DNA from: Felis catus
Taxonomy: Eukaryota
Direction of reading: 5' to 3'
Length of the DNA stretch: 64,000 nucleotides
Assembly (NCBI RefSeq): GCF_018350175.1
Contig: NC_058368.1
Location: 10,850,001 to 10,914,000, forward strand
The notes under the pieces are model-generated. The model was given only the letters and a program-made list of their open reading frames with translations, searched no databases and was not told where the DNA came from. Positions 1 to 12,417 of this stretch are shown in pieces. How positions within the stretch are numbered: position 1 is the first letter of the stretch; every line of letters starts with the position of its first letter. The position numbers were made by a program, and so were the translations under genes.

Positions 1-134
1 ATGATCTTGTGGTTCATGGGATCAAGCCCTACATTGAGGCTCTGCACTGACAGCTTGGGATTCTCTCTCTCCCTCTCTCTCTGTTCCTCCCCACCCTCAC
101 ACTCTCTCTCTCAAAATAAATAAACTTAAAAAAA
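1..134 (+). mobile_element. Can-SINE (SINEC), 5' part outside the window
   Basis: ATGATCTTGTGGTTCATGGGATCAAGCCC body, CT tract, CTCAAAATAAATAAAC tail. Confidence 0.9.
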
Positions 135-199
135 TATATTCATTAAAAAATGTGGACACTCAGCAAATAAAAATCTCACTCAAATATTTCGCTATTTAA

Positions 200-664
200 A
201 AGAACGTACAGAAGTAGTGTGTCAGTGAAGAAAAACCACAATGAAGAAATATAGAAATTAAAAGAAAGGAGACTAAGACAACAGGGCATAAAATTAAAGT
301 ACCAGAACTCAAAAAATAAATAGGAAAAAAATGAAAAGTGTCACAGAAATAAAAATGGAATTAGAATTACTAGAAGAGAGAAGTGATATTGAAAAAGGCA
401 CTAGTGACACAAAGAATATGTGAAAAGTCAACAATGTAATATGGAAATAAATAAGAAAGATTATACATACAGACACCATAATAGGGAAAGAAGACAGACA
501 AAGGTGATCCAATTTACTCATAATTAGAGTGCCTAAGGAAGAACTAAACAAATATTTAAAGGTATATATCAAGAAAAATAAATCGTGAAATAAAAGGAAA
601 CTTGAAATATGTATTATGGTTATATTTCAATATATATAATATATATATAATTCAATATATATAA

Positions 665-710
<46 letters not shown>

Positions 711-1150
711 GGTACACTGTGTGTTGGAAAAATTGCCTTTCAACATTCTACATTGAGACACAAAATAAAGCAAACAGACCTTACAGAGTAAAAGTCTCTA
801 AACTCTAAAAAAAGAAAATATAATATTAAATACACTGGCAACTAAGATAAAATCATACTCTAATAGCAACAAATAAAAAGAAGCACAATTGTACGCAAGA
901 TACGGGTCTGCAAGGTTGGAAATAAAACAGATGAATAAAGGAGAACCGGACAAATATAAGTGCAAGGTCAATCAAAAAACCAGGTTTACAACCTCAGGAG
1001 CAAACAAGGTAAAATTCACGTTTAAAAGAAAGAATTAAACATGACAAAGAAGAGAACTCTGTAATGCTAATGAAGACACATAATTACAAATACACACATA
1101 TCAAATAATAAAGGTATGATATTCATAATCAGAAAATCGAGAAGAGTGAG
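200..1150 (+). mobile_element. Highly decayed old L1 ORF1/ORF2 remnant
   Basis: A-rich; ORF1-like TCCAATTTACTCATAATTAGAGTGCC and EN-like GACAAAGAAGAGAACTCTGTAATGCTAA; boundaries approximate. Confidence 0.45.
630..707. repeat. (TA)n microsatellite
   Basis: direct reading. Confidence 0.95.
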
Positions 1151-1685
1151 ACCAGCAACCCAACAGAAAAATGGGCAAGTATACAAAGCATGGTTACAGA
1201 AAAAACTACAAACGACTCTTCAGCATATGAGAATATGTATACCCTCGTTCATAATAATATCAATGCAACTTAAAACTGTACAGGTAAACCACTTTTTTTT
1301 TCCTAGTAGGTTGGTTATAATCCATAAGACTCTGGATTGTGGCGCTGTTTGTGAGGCTGTGGGAAAATAGGTACTTTCATACATTGCTGGTGAAAGTGGA
1401 AATAGGTATAACCCTCCCAATTCATTGCCCTGTGGAGGGCAAAGTGACAGCATCATTAAAACTACCTTGTATTCATCCTCAGAGCTACAAATTCAGCTTC
1501 AGGGAAACTGCCCTGTAGATATACTTGCATGGGTGTGAAATGATAAATATGTCCAGTTATTCACTGTGGCATTGTTTATAGTAGCAGAAGATTGGAAATG
1601 GTCTTATATCCATTAACAGAAGACTGGTTAAATAAATAATAGCTTATTCCTCCTTTGAATTCTATGCTACTATTAAGAAAGAATG

Positions 1686-1804
1686 CTGCTTCCAAGTCTG
1701 TGTCTCCCTCTCTCTCTCTCTCTGCCCCTCCCCCACTCACGGTCTGTATTTCTCTCTCTGTCCTTCTCAAAATAAACAAATACTAAAAAATTAAAAAGAA
1801 AAAG
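1686..1804 (+). mobile_element. Can-SINE 3' fragment
   Basis: TCTGTGTCTCCCTCTCTCTC...GCCCCTCCCCCACTC...CTCAAAATAAAC plus A tail. Confidence 0.85.
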
Positions 1805-2025
1805 GGGGGGCATCTGTGGCTCTTTTGGTTAAGCGTCTGACTTCAGCTCAGCTCATGATCTCGCAGTTCATGGGTTCGAGCCCCGCTTCTGTCTCTGTGC
1901 TGACAGCTCAGAGCCTGGAGCCTGCTTCAGATTCTGTGTCTCCCCTTCTCTCTGCCCCTCCCCCACTCACATTCTGTCTCTGTCTCTCTTTCTCAAGAAT
2001 AAATAAATATCTATTTAAAAAAAAA
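1805..2025 (+). mobile_element. Can-SINE, full length, inserted at the tail of the previous SINE
   Basis: GGGG...GGTTAAGCGTCTGACTTCAGCTCAG, B box GGTTCGAGCCC, CT tract, A tail. Confidence 0.95.
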
Positions 2026-2178
2026 TGAAAAATACTTCTACATGCCAAAAAAAAAAAAAAAGCTTCATTGTGCTGATACCAAAAAATAATTGTAGGATAA
2101 TATGTGTAAATGAAAAGAACAAGGGCAGAACAGTAAAATATCATCTTTTGCATAAAGATGTTGGGAGAGGGGTAAAAA

Positions 2179-2182
<4 letters not shown>

Positions 2183-2233
<51 letters not shown>

Positions 2234-2240
2234 TACATAC
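2183..2240. repeat. (TA)n(CA)n microsatellite
   Basis: direct reading. Confidence 0.95.
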
Positions 2241-2463
2241 ATGCATAAAAAAACTACAAAAATACTAATATGCTAGTGACAGAGGTAGGTGGGGTGCCAG
2301 GGAGACCATTCACTTTTTCCTGTAGTTTTTTATTGTTTAACCATGTGAATTTTATTATCTATATAAAAATTAATTTGCAGTATGATAAAAACAAGGAAGA
2401 GATTGTAATAGCCCTGCCATGTTTATATTTTTCCGAGTAAGGACATTAAAAAAAAACAAAACA

Positions 2464-2669
2464 GGTGCACCTGGGTGGCTCAGTCGGTTGGGCAGCCGAC
2501 TACAGCTCAGGTCATGATCTCATGGTCTGTGAGTTCCAGCCCTGCATCGGGCTCTGTGCTGACAGCTCAGAGCCTGGAGCCTGCTTTGGATTCTGTGTCT
2601 CCCTCTCTCTCTGCCCCTTCCCTGCTTGCTCTCTCTCTCTCTCTCTCAAAAATAATAAACATTAAAAAA
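2464..2669 (+). mobile_element. Can-SINE
   Basis: GGTGCACCTGGGTGGCTCAGTCGG...GCTCAGAGCCTGGAGCCTGC, CT tract, tail. Confidence 0.95.
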
Positions 2670-3716
2670 CAAATCAAAGCAAAACCTGCCATCTACTGTA
2701 ACTGTTACATCATGAAACAAAGGGCATCTTGAAACAAACAGAAAGCAATGAACAATTATCATTTTCAAAGAAAGTCTAGTAGCTCTGGGAGAAAATGGCG
2801 GCGTAGGAGTCTGGGCTCACCACGTCCTGCTGATCGCTTAGATTCCACCCACATCTGCCTAAATAACCCAGAAAACTGCCGGAAGACTAGCAGAACAGTC
2901 TCTCTGGAGCCAAGCATAGACAAGAGGCCCACGGAAGAAGGTAGGAAGGGCGAAGAGGCGGTGCGTGCTACACGGACTGGCGGGAAGCAGCCGGGGCGGT
3001 GGAGGGGCAGCCAGCCCACCCAACAAGGCAGAGCCCCCGACTCTGGCTGGCAAAAGTAGAGGCGCCAGACTCTGTGAGTTCTGACAGCCAGCAGGACTTA
3101 ACATCTGGAATGTTAAAAGTCGACAGCTCTGCTCTGGAGGGGAGTGGGAGGGCTAGAAGACACTGGGGCAGGAGAGGTGTTGAGCCCGGGAAGACAGACC
3201 TCAGCTCAGAGGGGAACAAAGGCACTGGCCAGCGCCATCTTCCTTGCCCATCCCCCAAGCGAAACCCCAAAGGGAACCAGTTCACCGAAATCGCTGGCAC
3301 TGCGCAAACACCCAGTACTGTCCTTCTGTGGATCCATCCCTCCGACGGGTCAGCCTCCCTCCCGGTGCCATGGGGCCCCTCCCGCAGGAGACCACCTATG
3401 GCAAAGTGAGCTGAGCCTGCCCCTCCTGCCCCTGTGCACCTTGCGGATCGACCCAGGCTAATACGCCAGATCCCATCAAAGCAGCACCACAAGCCTGGCA
3501 GGGTGCAAGTAGCCCAGACAGGGGCCACACCACTCCACAGTGATTCCTGCCCCTGGGAGAGGGGAAGATAAGGTACACACCAGTCTGACTGTCGCCCCAG
3601 TGGTGGGCTGGGGACAGACATCAGCTCTGACTGTGGCCCGCCCAACAACACAAGTTACTTCAGACAGCACAGGGGAAGTGCCCCCCCAATCGGCGCCACC
3701 CCAGGGACTATCCAAA

Positions 3717-4604
3717 ATGACGAAACAGAAGAATTCTCCTCAAAAGAAACTCCAGGAAGTAGCGACAGCTAACCAATTGATCAAAAACGATTTAAGCAAT
3801 ATAACAGAACATGAATTTAGAATAATAGTCATAAAATTAATGGCTGGGTTTGAAAAAAGTATACAAGACAGCAGAGAATCTATTGCTACAGAGATCAAGG
3901 GACTAAGAAATGGTCATGAGGAGCTAAAACATGCTATAAATGAGGCGCAAAATAAAATGGAGGCAACAACAGCCCGGATTGAAGAGGCAGAGGAGAGAAT
4001 AGGTGAATTAGAAGATAAAATTATGAAAAAAGAGTAAGCTGAGAAAAAGAGAGATAAAAAATTCAGGAGTATGAAGGGAGAATTAGAGAACTAAGTGATG
4101 TGATGAAACACAATAATATCCGTATAACAGGGATTCCAGAGGAGGAAGAGAGAGAGAAAGGGGCTGAAGGTGTACCTGAAGAAATCATAGCTGAGAACTT
4201 CCCTGATCTAGGGAAGGAAAAAGGCACTGAAATTCAAGAGGCACAGAGAACTCCCTTCAGGTAACTTGAATCGATCTTCTGCACAACATATAGTGAAACT
4301 GGCAAAATAAAAGGATAAAGAGAAAATTCTGAAAGCAGCTAAGGATAAACATGCTCTAACATATAAAGGGAGACTGATAAGACTAGTGACAGATCTATCT
4401 ACTGAAACTTGGCAGGACAGAAAGGAATGGCAGGAAATCTTCAATGTGATGAACAGAAAAAATAGGCAGCCAAGAATCCATTATCCAGCAAGTCTGTCAT
4501 TTATAATAGAAGGAGAGATAAAGGTCTTCCCAAACAAACAAAAACTGAAGGAATTCATTACCGCTAAACCAGCCCTACAATAGATCCTAAGGGGGATCCT
4601 GTGA
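3717..4604 (+). pseudogene. L1 ORF1p (coiled coil/RRM/CTD), disrupted
   Basis: MTKQKNSPQKK...IEEAEERIGELEDK and ...DLSTETWQDRKEWQEIF; stops at 4035 and 4581, frameshift near 4060. Confidence 0.93.
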
Positions 4605-4654
4605 GGCAAAATACCAGAGACATCACTACAAGCATGAAACCTACAGACATCACA

Positions 4655-7600
4655 ATGACTCTAAACCCTTAACTTTCTATAATAACACTGAATGTAAATG
4701 GACTAAATGCGCCAACCAAAAGACACAGGGTATCAGAATGGATAAAAAAACAAGACCCATCTATTTGCTGTCTACAAGAGACTCATTTTAGATCTGAGGA
4801 CACCTTTAGATTGAGAGTGAGGGGATGGAGAACTATTTAGCATGCTACTGGAAGTCAAAAGAAAGCTGGAGTAGCCATACTTATAGCAGACAAACTAGAC
4901 TTTAAAGGTTGTAACAAGAGATGAAAAAGGGCATTATATAATAATTACAGGGTCTATCCATCAGGAAGAGCTAACAATTATAAATGTCTATGTGCCGAAT
5001 ACAGGAGCCCCCAAATATATAAAACGATTAATCACAAACATAAGCAACCTTATTGATAAGAATGTGGTAATTGCAGGGGACTTTAATACTCCACTTACAG
5101 TAATGGATAGATCATCTAGACACAGGATCAATAAAGAAACAAGGGCCCTGAATGATACATTGGATCAGATGGACTTGACTGATATACTTAGAACTCTGCA
5201 TCCCAAAGCAATAGAATATACTTTCTTCTCGAGTGCACATGGAACATTCTCCAAGATAAATCACATACTGGGTCACAAAACAGCCCTTCATAAGTATAAA
5301 AGAATTGAGATCATAATATGCACACTTTCAGACCACAATGCTATTAAGCTTGAAATCAACCACAGGAAAAAGTCTGGAAAACCTCCAAAAGCATGGAGGT
5401 CAAAGAACACACTCCTAAAGAATGAATGGGTCAACCAGGCAATTAGAGAAGAAATTAAAAAATATACGGAAACAAATGAAAATGAAAATACAACAATCCA
5501 AACTCTTTGGGATGCAGTGAAGGCAGTCCTGAGAGGAAAATACATTGCAATCCAGGCCTATCTCAAGAAACAAGAAAAATCCCAAATACAAAATCTAACA
5601 GCACACCTAAAGGAAGTAGAAGCAGAACAGCAAAGACACCCCAAACCCAGCAGAAGAGGAGAAATAATAAAGATCAGAGAAGAAATAAACAATATAGAAT
5701 CTAAAAAAAAAAAAAATGTAGAGCAGATCAATGAAACCAAGAGTTGGTTTTTTGAAAAAATAAACAAAATTGATAAACCTCTAACCAGGCTTCTCAAAAA
5801 GAAAAGGGAGATGATAGATAAAATAGATAAAATAGATACATTTTATAAATAGATAAAATCAGGAATGAAAACTGAATTATTACAACCAATCCCTCAGAAA
5901 TACAAGCAATTATCAGGGAATACTATGAAAAATTATATGCCAACAAACTGGACAACCTGGAAGAAATGGACAAATTCCTAAACACCCACACACTTCCAAA
6001 ACTCAAACAGGAAGAAATAGAAAACTTGAACAGACCCATAACCAGTGAAGAAATTGAATCGGTTATCAAAAATCTCCCAACAGATAAGAGTCCAGGACCA
6101 GATGGCTTCCCAGGGGAATTCTACCAGACATTTAAAGCAGAGATAATACCCATCCTTCTCAAGCTGTTCCAAAAAATAGAAAGGGAAGGAAAACTTCCAG
6201 ACTCATTCTGTGAAGCCAGCATTCCTTTGATTCCTAAACCAGACAGAGACCCAGCAAAGAAAGAACTACAGGCCAATATCCCTGATGAATATGGATGCAA
6301 AAATTCTCAATAAGATACTAGCAAATCAAATTCAACAGCATATAAAAAGAATTATTCACCATAGTCAAGTGGAATTAATTCCTGGGCTGCAGGGCTGGTT
6401 CCAACATTTGCAAATCAATCAATGTGATACATCACATTAATAAAAAAAAAAGATAAGAACCATATGATCCTGTCAGTCAATGCAGAAAAAGCATTTGACA
6501 AAATTCAACATCCTTTCTTAAGAAAAACCCTCAAGAAAGTTGGGATAGAAGGAACATACTTAAACATCATCAAAGCCATTTATGAAAAGCCCACAGCTAA
6601 TATCATCCTCAATGGGGAGAAACAGAGCTTTTCCCCTGGGATCAGGAACACGACAGGAATGTCCACTCTCACTGATGTTGTTTACCATAGTGTTGGAAGT
6701 GCTAGCATCAGCAATCAGACAACAAAAGGAAATCAAAGGAATCCAAGTTGGCAAAGATGAAGTCAAGCTTTCACTTTTTGCAGATGACATGATATGATAC
6801 ATGGAAAACCCGATAGACTCCACCAAAAGTCTTCTAGAACTGATACATGAATTCAGCAAAGTCGCAGGATACAAAATCCATGTACAGAAATCAGTTGCAT
6901 TCTTATACACTAAGAATGAAGCAACAGAAAGACAAATAAAGAAACTGATCCCATTCACGATTGCACCAAGAATCATAAAATACCTAGGAATAAACCTAAC
7001 CAAAGATGTAGAAGATCTGTATGCTGAAAACTATAGAAAACTTATGAAGGAAATTGAAGGAGATATAAAGAAATGGAAAAACATTCCGTGCTCATGGATT
7101 GGAAGAACAAATATTGTTAAAATGTCAATACTACCCAAAGCTATCTACACATTCAATGCAATCCCAATTAAAATTGCACCAGTATTCTTCTCAAGGCTAG
7201 AACAAGCAATCCTAAAATTTATAAGGAACCACAAAAGACCCCGAATAGCCAAAGTAATTTTGAAGAAGACCAAAGTGGGAGGCATCACAATCCCAGACTT
7301 TAGCCTCTACTACAAAGCTGTAATCATCAAGACAGCATGGTATTGGCACAAAATCAGACACATAGACCAATGGAATGGAATAGAAATCCCAGAATTAGAC
7401 CCACAAAAGTATGTCCAACTCATCTTTGACAAAGCAGGAAAGAATATCCAATGGAAAAAAGACAGTCTCTTTAACAAATGATGCTGAGAGAACTGTACAG
7501 CAACATGCAGAAGGTTGAAACTAGACCACTTTCTCACACCATTCACAAAAATAAACTCAAAATGGATGAAGAACCTGAATATGAGACAGGAAACCATCAA

Positions 7601-8490
7601 AACCCTAGAGGAGAAAGCAGGCAAAAACCTCTTTGACCTCAGCTGCAGCAAATTCTTCCTTGACACATCTCCAAAGGCAAGGGAATTAAAAGTAAAAATG
7701 AATTATTGGGACCTCATCAAGATAAAAAGCTTCTGCACTGCAAAGGAAACAATCAACAAAACTAAAAGGCAACCGATGAATTGGGAAAAGATATTTGCAA
7801 ATGACATATCGGACAAAGGGCTAGTATCCAAAATCTATAAAGAGCTCTCCAAACTCCACACCCGTAAAACAATCCAGTGAAGAAATGGGAAGAAAACATG
7901 AATAGACACTTCTCTAAAGAAGACATCCAGATGGCCAACAGGCACATGAAAAGATGCTCAACGTTGCTCCTCATCAGGGAAATACAAATCAAAACCATAC
8001 TCAGATATCACCTCACACCAATCAGAGTGGCCAAAATGAACAAATCAGGAGACTATAGATGCTGGAGAGATGGGAACCCTCTTGCACTGTTGGTGGGAAT
8101 GCAAACTGATGCAGCTGCTCTGGAAAACAGTGTAGAGGTTCCTCAGAAAATTAAAAATAGATCTACCCTATGACCCAGCAGTAGCACTGCTAGGAATTTA
8201 CCCAAGGGATACAGGAGTACTGATGCATAGGGGCACTTGTACCCCAATGTTTATAGCAGCACTCTCAACAATAGCCAAATTATGGAAAGAGCCTAAATGT
8301 CCATCAACTGATGAATGGGTAAAGAAACTGTGGTTTATATACACAATGGAGTACTACGTGGCAAGGAGAAAGAATGAAATATGGCCTTTTTGTAGCAACG
8401 TGGATGGAACTGGAGAATGTTATGCTAAGTGAAATAAGTCACACAGAATAAGACAGATACCATATGTTTTCACTCTTATGTGGATCCTGA
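4655..8490 (+). pseudogene. L1 ORF2p (APE endonuclease, reverse transcriptase, Cys-rich domain), disrupted
   Basis: TLNVNGLN, GDFNTPL, SDHN, SPGPDGF, LFADDMI and YLGI motifs; many stops and frameshifts, including a stop at codon 6 and one just after FADDMI. Confidence 0.96.
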
Positions 8491-9384
8491 GAAACTTAAC
8501 AGAAGGCCACGAGGGAGGGGAAGGAAAAAAAAAAACAGGTTAGAGAGGGAGGGAGCCAAAACATAAGAGATCCTTAAAAACTGAGAACAAACTGAGGGTT
8601 GATAGGGGGTGGGAGGGAGGGGAGGGTGGATGATGGGCACCTGTTGGGATGAGCACTGGGTGTTGTATGGAAACCAATTTGACAATAAATTTCATGTTTA
8701 AAAAACAAAAATAAATAAATAAATAAATAATAAAATTTTAAAAATAAAAATTAAAATTAAAAAAAAAGAAAGTCTTGTAAATTGATACAAAGTTTTGCTC
8801 CTTTGCTCACCTTGCTACAGACCAGTAAACACCATATCACTCCCTGGCACTGACAGTGAAGAAGCTGTGGAAACCGTTAGTTTATTACCTTCAAAGGGAC
8901 CAATAGTCATAGTGTTAGGGGGGCTGTGGGGAAAGGAGACATGCCACAGCATAAAGGCAGTGAAAGGAAAAAAAAAATAATCCATTTCACAGTTATGTCC
9001 CTAAGAAGTTGAGATTTCTCAACTTGTTAAAAAAAGAAACATACATGATACAATAATTAAGAATATGGTATAACAGGATGTTGTCATCAGCTCCCAAAGT
9101 TGTCCAATCTTTTTCCCATTCTTTTGTCCTTCTTTCCTAAGAAGTGCTACCACCAAGCCTTTCTACTCAAAAATGAAGATAACAATACTTTTGTTGCAGG
9201 GCTATTTTAAGTGTTCAATAGAATAATGTAAATATTCAATAATGGAAGGTGTTATACTATCTTCCCGTTGGAAACATGTTTTTCTATATCGCTTTACTGT
9301 TTTCTTACATGCTACCATTTCAGGAAAATGTGTGTACAATTTAAATAGGGGAAATTAAAATCATAGTCTTAAGCGCTCTGGAAT

Positions 9385-9490
9385 AGTGGTTTTCAAAATT
9401 ATTTTAGCCCTGGAACGAATTGTACAAAAGAAGTCTTACATCCCATAATAAAGCAGGTGAAAAGAAAATCCGCTCTGAAAATGGAGGCAG
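9385..9490. mobile_element. hAT-type non-autonomous DNA transposon remnant
   Basis: AGTGGTTTTCAAA terminus followed by TTTTAGCCCTGGAAC...AAGTCTTACA; similar sequence in reverse near 47510-47565. Confidence 0.4.
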
Positions 9491-9799
9491 TTATCTTCAA
9501 TATTCTAATTAGAGTTGAAGGTGAATGTATCTGCTCTCAGAAAGGGGAGCAGAACAGAAGTTTGGTGGAAAGGAAATCTACTACGGATGATCAAAGAATA
9601 GTCTAGCAAAAATCCCACTTTGTCTTCCTTTGTCTCATAGTTTTTTTCTGTAAGTTCCTTTGAAAATAATACAGTACCTCAAATACACTCAAACAATACC
9701 TCAAATTTACATTTACAAAATCTTTAAAAATTTTGCAGAGCACATGTACTATTTTATCTTGCCATCAAAACTGCCCCATGTACTAAACAGAAAAGCTAT

Positions 9800-9890
9800 T
9801 TTCTCCTCCTCCTCCTCTTCCTCCTTCTTCTTCCTCTTCTTTTTCTCTTCCCTCTCCTCCTCATTATATTATCATCATCATCATTATTCC
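9800..9890. repeat. Low-complexity (CCT)/(CTT)/(ATC) tract
   Basis: direct reading. Confidence 0.85.
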
Positions 9891-10550
9891 CATATTAAAG
9901 ATTAGGTAATATAGCCACCATTCAATTGGGGTATTTTTAGAAATACTTGCACAAATAATTATCCAAATAGTAAACTGCATTCATACTTGATTTCATAAAA
10001 CTGTTTTATGGAATTATTTAATTCACAATAAATTAGTGAATTTATTCAAGTTTAAATCAACTGAATAAAAGAGGGGAAATTAGGATATTACTTAGATTAC
10101 ATAAGATTTTTAAAACTATTTCTTTCACCCAACCCAGAACTGATTGTTTTGCAAAATCGTTTGCTTTGCATACAGAATTTATCCTATGAAACTTGCCTAA
10201 TATACCCTCAGGAGCTATTTAGTTCTCTTCTCTGACATGTACTGTATGGTGTTTTATTTTACTTTAGACTCAGATAAAACCAAAATCACCCCCGGGGCTG
10301 TGTTTCCTCTTCCTCTGTGCTCCACAGGAAGCCTAGCTAGAGGGAAGTAAGTGTTGATTAAGAAGTGTTGATTGCAACTAAGGAGCTAATTATTTCTATG
10401 CAAACTCCTTAAATAAAAGGATTTCAATTCATGCTAGGAGGATGAGGAGAAGCTGAGCCTCCTAGAATCCAGAGAATTTAGAAAATGCATTTTGTACAAG
10501 TAACAGGAAAATGGGCAGGAGAAAGTTGTCTTTAAAAAGCAGTGGCTTGT

Positions 10551-10674
10551 GGGCACCCAGGTGGCTCAGTGCATTAAGTATCTGGCTTTTGATCTCAGCT
10601 CAGGTCTTGATCTCAGGGTCATGACGCTGGGATCTGCAAGGGGAGTGCAGCCTACTTAAAACAAACAAACAAAC
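10551..10674 (+). mobile_element. Short old-type Can-SINE (no CT tract), (AAAC)n tail
   Basis: GGGCACCCAGGTGGCTCAGT...GATCTCAGGGTC...CCTACTTAAAA. Confidence 0.85.
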
Positions 10675-10687
10675 AAAGTAGTGACTT

Positions 10688-10781
10688 GGGGCACCTGACT
10701 GGCTTAGTCAACGGAGCATGCAACTCTTGATCTCAGGGTTGTCAATTCAGGCCCCGATTTGGGGGTAGAGTTTACTTAATT
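10688..10781 (+). mobile_element. Short old-type Can-SINE
   Basis: GGGGCACCTGACTGGCTTAGTC...GAGCATGCAACTCTTGATCTCAGGGTTGT...TAGAGTTTACTTAA. Confidence 0.85.
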
Positions 10782-10844
10782 AAAGTAGTGACTTTAAAAT
10801 AGTTTGTCTTGGGATCTAATCCACTCTGCATATTCCAAATGAGG

Positions 10845-12417
10845 CAATTTCTAGAGTGGCCACATGATGAGTTCTGAGGACCCAATTCCCTAGGAAAACA
10901 TCCATAACTGGTAAAATCTGTGTAAAAATAATGATTTATAGTCTCTGAAAATTGTCCTAAGGTCATGCAGTAGATAAGGAAAGATTCATTCAAGAAAATC
11001 TATCACATCTTGGCAAGAAGGTGAGAAGTCTGTGGCATTTGAGTTGTGCCTACTCCTTCCCTCTTCCCCCACAGCTCAGTGTGATGGAAACTCTGAGTAG
11101 GTGTGGCCAAGAAAGGACTCCCTCCCCACCAACCACCAGTTAGGAGGCAGCTGTATCTACAGGAGATGCAGACCCCTAGCACTTCTCATCATTCCCCAGT
11201 TTCATGTTGCTGGGGCCAAACTCCAAGTGATCAGGAACTCCGTTCATCCATCCAGCCCGCACATGTAGGACGGATGCTCCACCCCAGGTGTGTTAGGTTG
11301 AAAATACTGGGACCCCAGATGTCTGGCCCCATCCTCCTCAGAGAGTGGAGGCTCTGTGCTGGCAAGGAAAGCTCAGGAGACCAGAGCCTGTGGCCCCTGT
11401 TTAGCGTGATTCTCATAAAGCAGGGGTGTCGTTCCAAGGGAAACAGGATGCTGCCTTTGAGCCCAGCTCTGGAGCAGTGGCTCAGAGATTCTGCCTGGGG
11501 GAGAGACAAATCGTAAGAATAGGAAACTCCAAAGCTCTCCATAAGGAACTTCTTTATTTGGAAGAAGTGTAAGGAAGTGCAAGCCTAAGGGTGTTTTCAG
11601 AAACAGTGGAGATTTTGATGACAAGCACTTAAAAGGAAGCTTGTAGATCCCCAAGAATGAGGAGTTAAACCCTAGAGGCTTGCTTGTTTACCAGACAGAA
11701 CCACAGAAAGAGATAGTTAAGAAAATCTCTCCTGGGGTCAGAATAAACCTCAAAGGCTAGACTCAAAAACTCTGCAAAGAGGCTCAAATTCAATTGGATG
11801 AGATGTTGGAACACCTTATGTTGTAGGGCACTATTAGAAACAAGAGGGCAATCATCTGGCAGTCAGTGGAGCCTGACATCTGTCATGATACTAGTAGATT
11901 CAGGCAGCCTCTGGAAAAGCCTCAAAGAAAAATGCAATAAAAAGGCCCTGCTAAAATCATTGCCAACCTAGGGTGACAGGGCACATGCCTACAGCTGTGC
12001 CTTCTGAGGAATGACATCAGAGCCTTCATAACTATTAAGGAAATCAAGAAAATAGCGCAGCCCAGTCATCAAACAAATTAACAAGCAAACTATAAACCTT
12101 TAGTAGGGACAGAAGTATCTAGCATTGCTACATTACTACTGCCACTTATTTGGGTACAGTTGGCACACAATGTTATAGTTATATTAGTTTCAGGCATACA
12201 ACATAGGGATAATTATATTATTTCAAATACTAATTTTCAACAGAAAAGATGAAATATGCAAAGAAAGAAGTATAACCAATGCACAGGATAAAAAGCACAG
12301 GCAACAGCTCTCTGTCAGAAGGCATGGATGTCAAATTTAATAAAGACTTCAAAGTAACTATTATAAATATGTTAAAAGAACCAAAATAAACCATGCTTAA
12401 AGATGAAAGGAAAGGTA
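10845..12417 (+). mobile_element. Old L1 (L1MC/MD-like) 5'UTR and start of ORF1; host of the nested L1s
   Basis: GTCTCTGAAAATTGTCCTAAGG 5'-end motif and ORF1-like AAAGACTTCAAAGTAACTATTATAAATATGTT; resumes at about 18070. Confidence 0.7.

Larger units (their letters stand above)
1155..2372 (+). mobile_element. Old L1 (L1ME-like) 3' end, interrupted by SINEs and (TA)n
   Basis: AACCCAACAGAAAAATGGGCAA, CATACATTGCTGGTGAAAGTG and TTCACTGTGGCATTGTTTATAGTAGCA motifs of the L1 ORF2 C-terminus/3'UTR. Confidence 0.7.
2782..8764 (+). mobile_element. Full-length felid LINE-1 (about 6 kb), inactivated
   Basis: GC-rich 5'UTR starting GGGAGAAAATGGCGGCG, ORF1, ORF2, 3'UTR with AATAAA and A-rich tail; 15-bp TSD AAAGAAAGTCT(A/T)GTA at 2767-2781 and 8765-8779. 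Confidence 0.97.

Noticed and set aside
4992..7880. Long ORFs (286, 226 and 121 aa) as functional genes or a novel RT system
   Set aside because: They are fragments of one L1 ORF2 broken by stops and frameshifts
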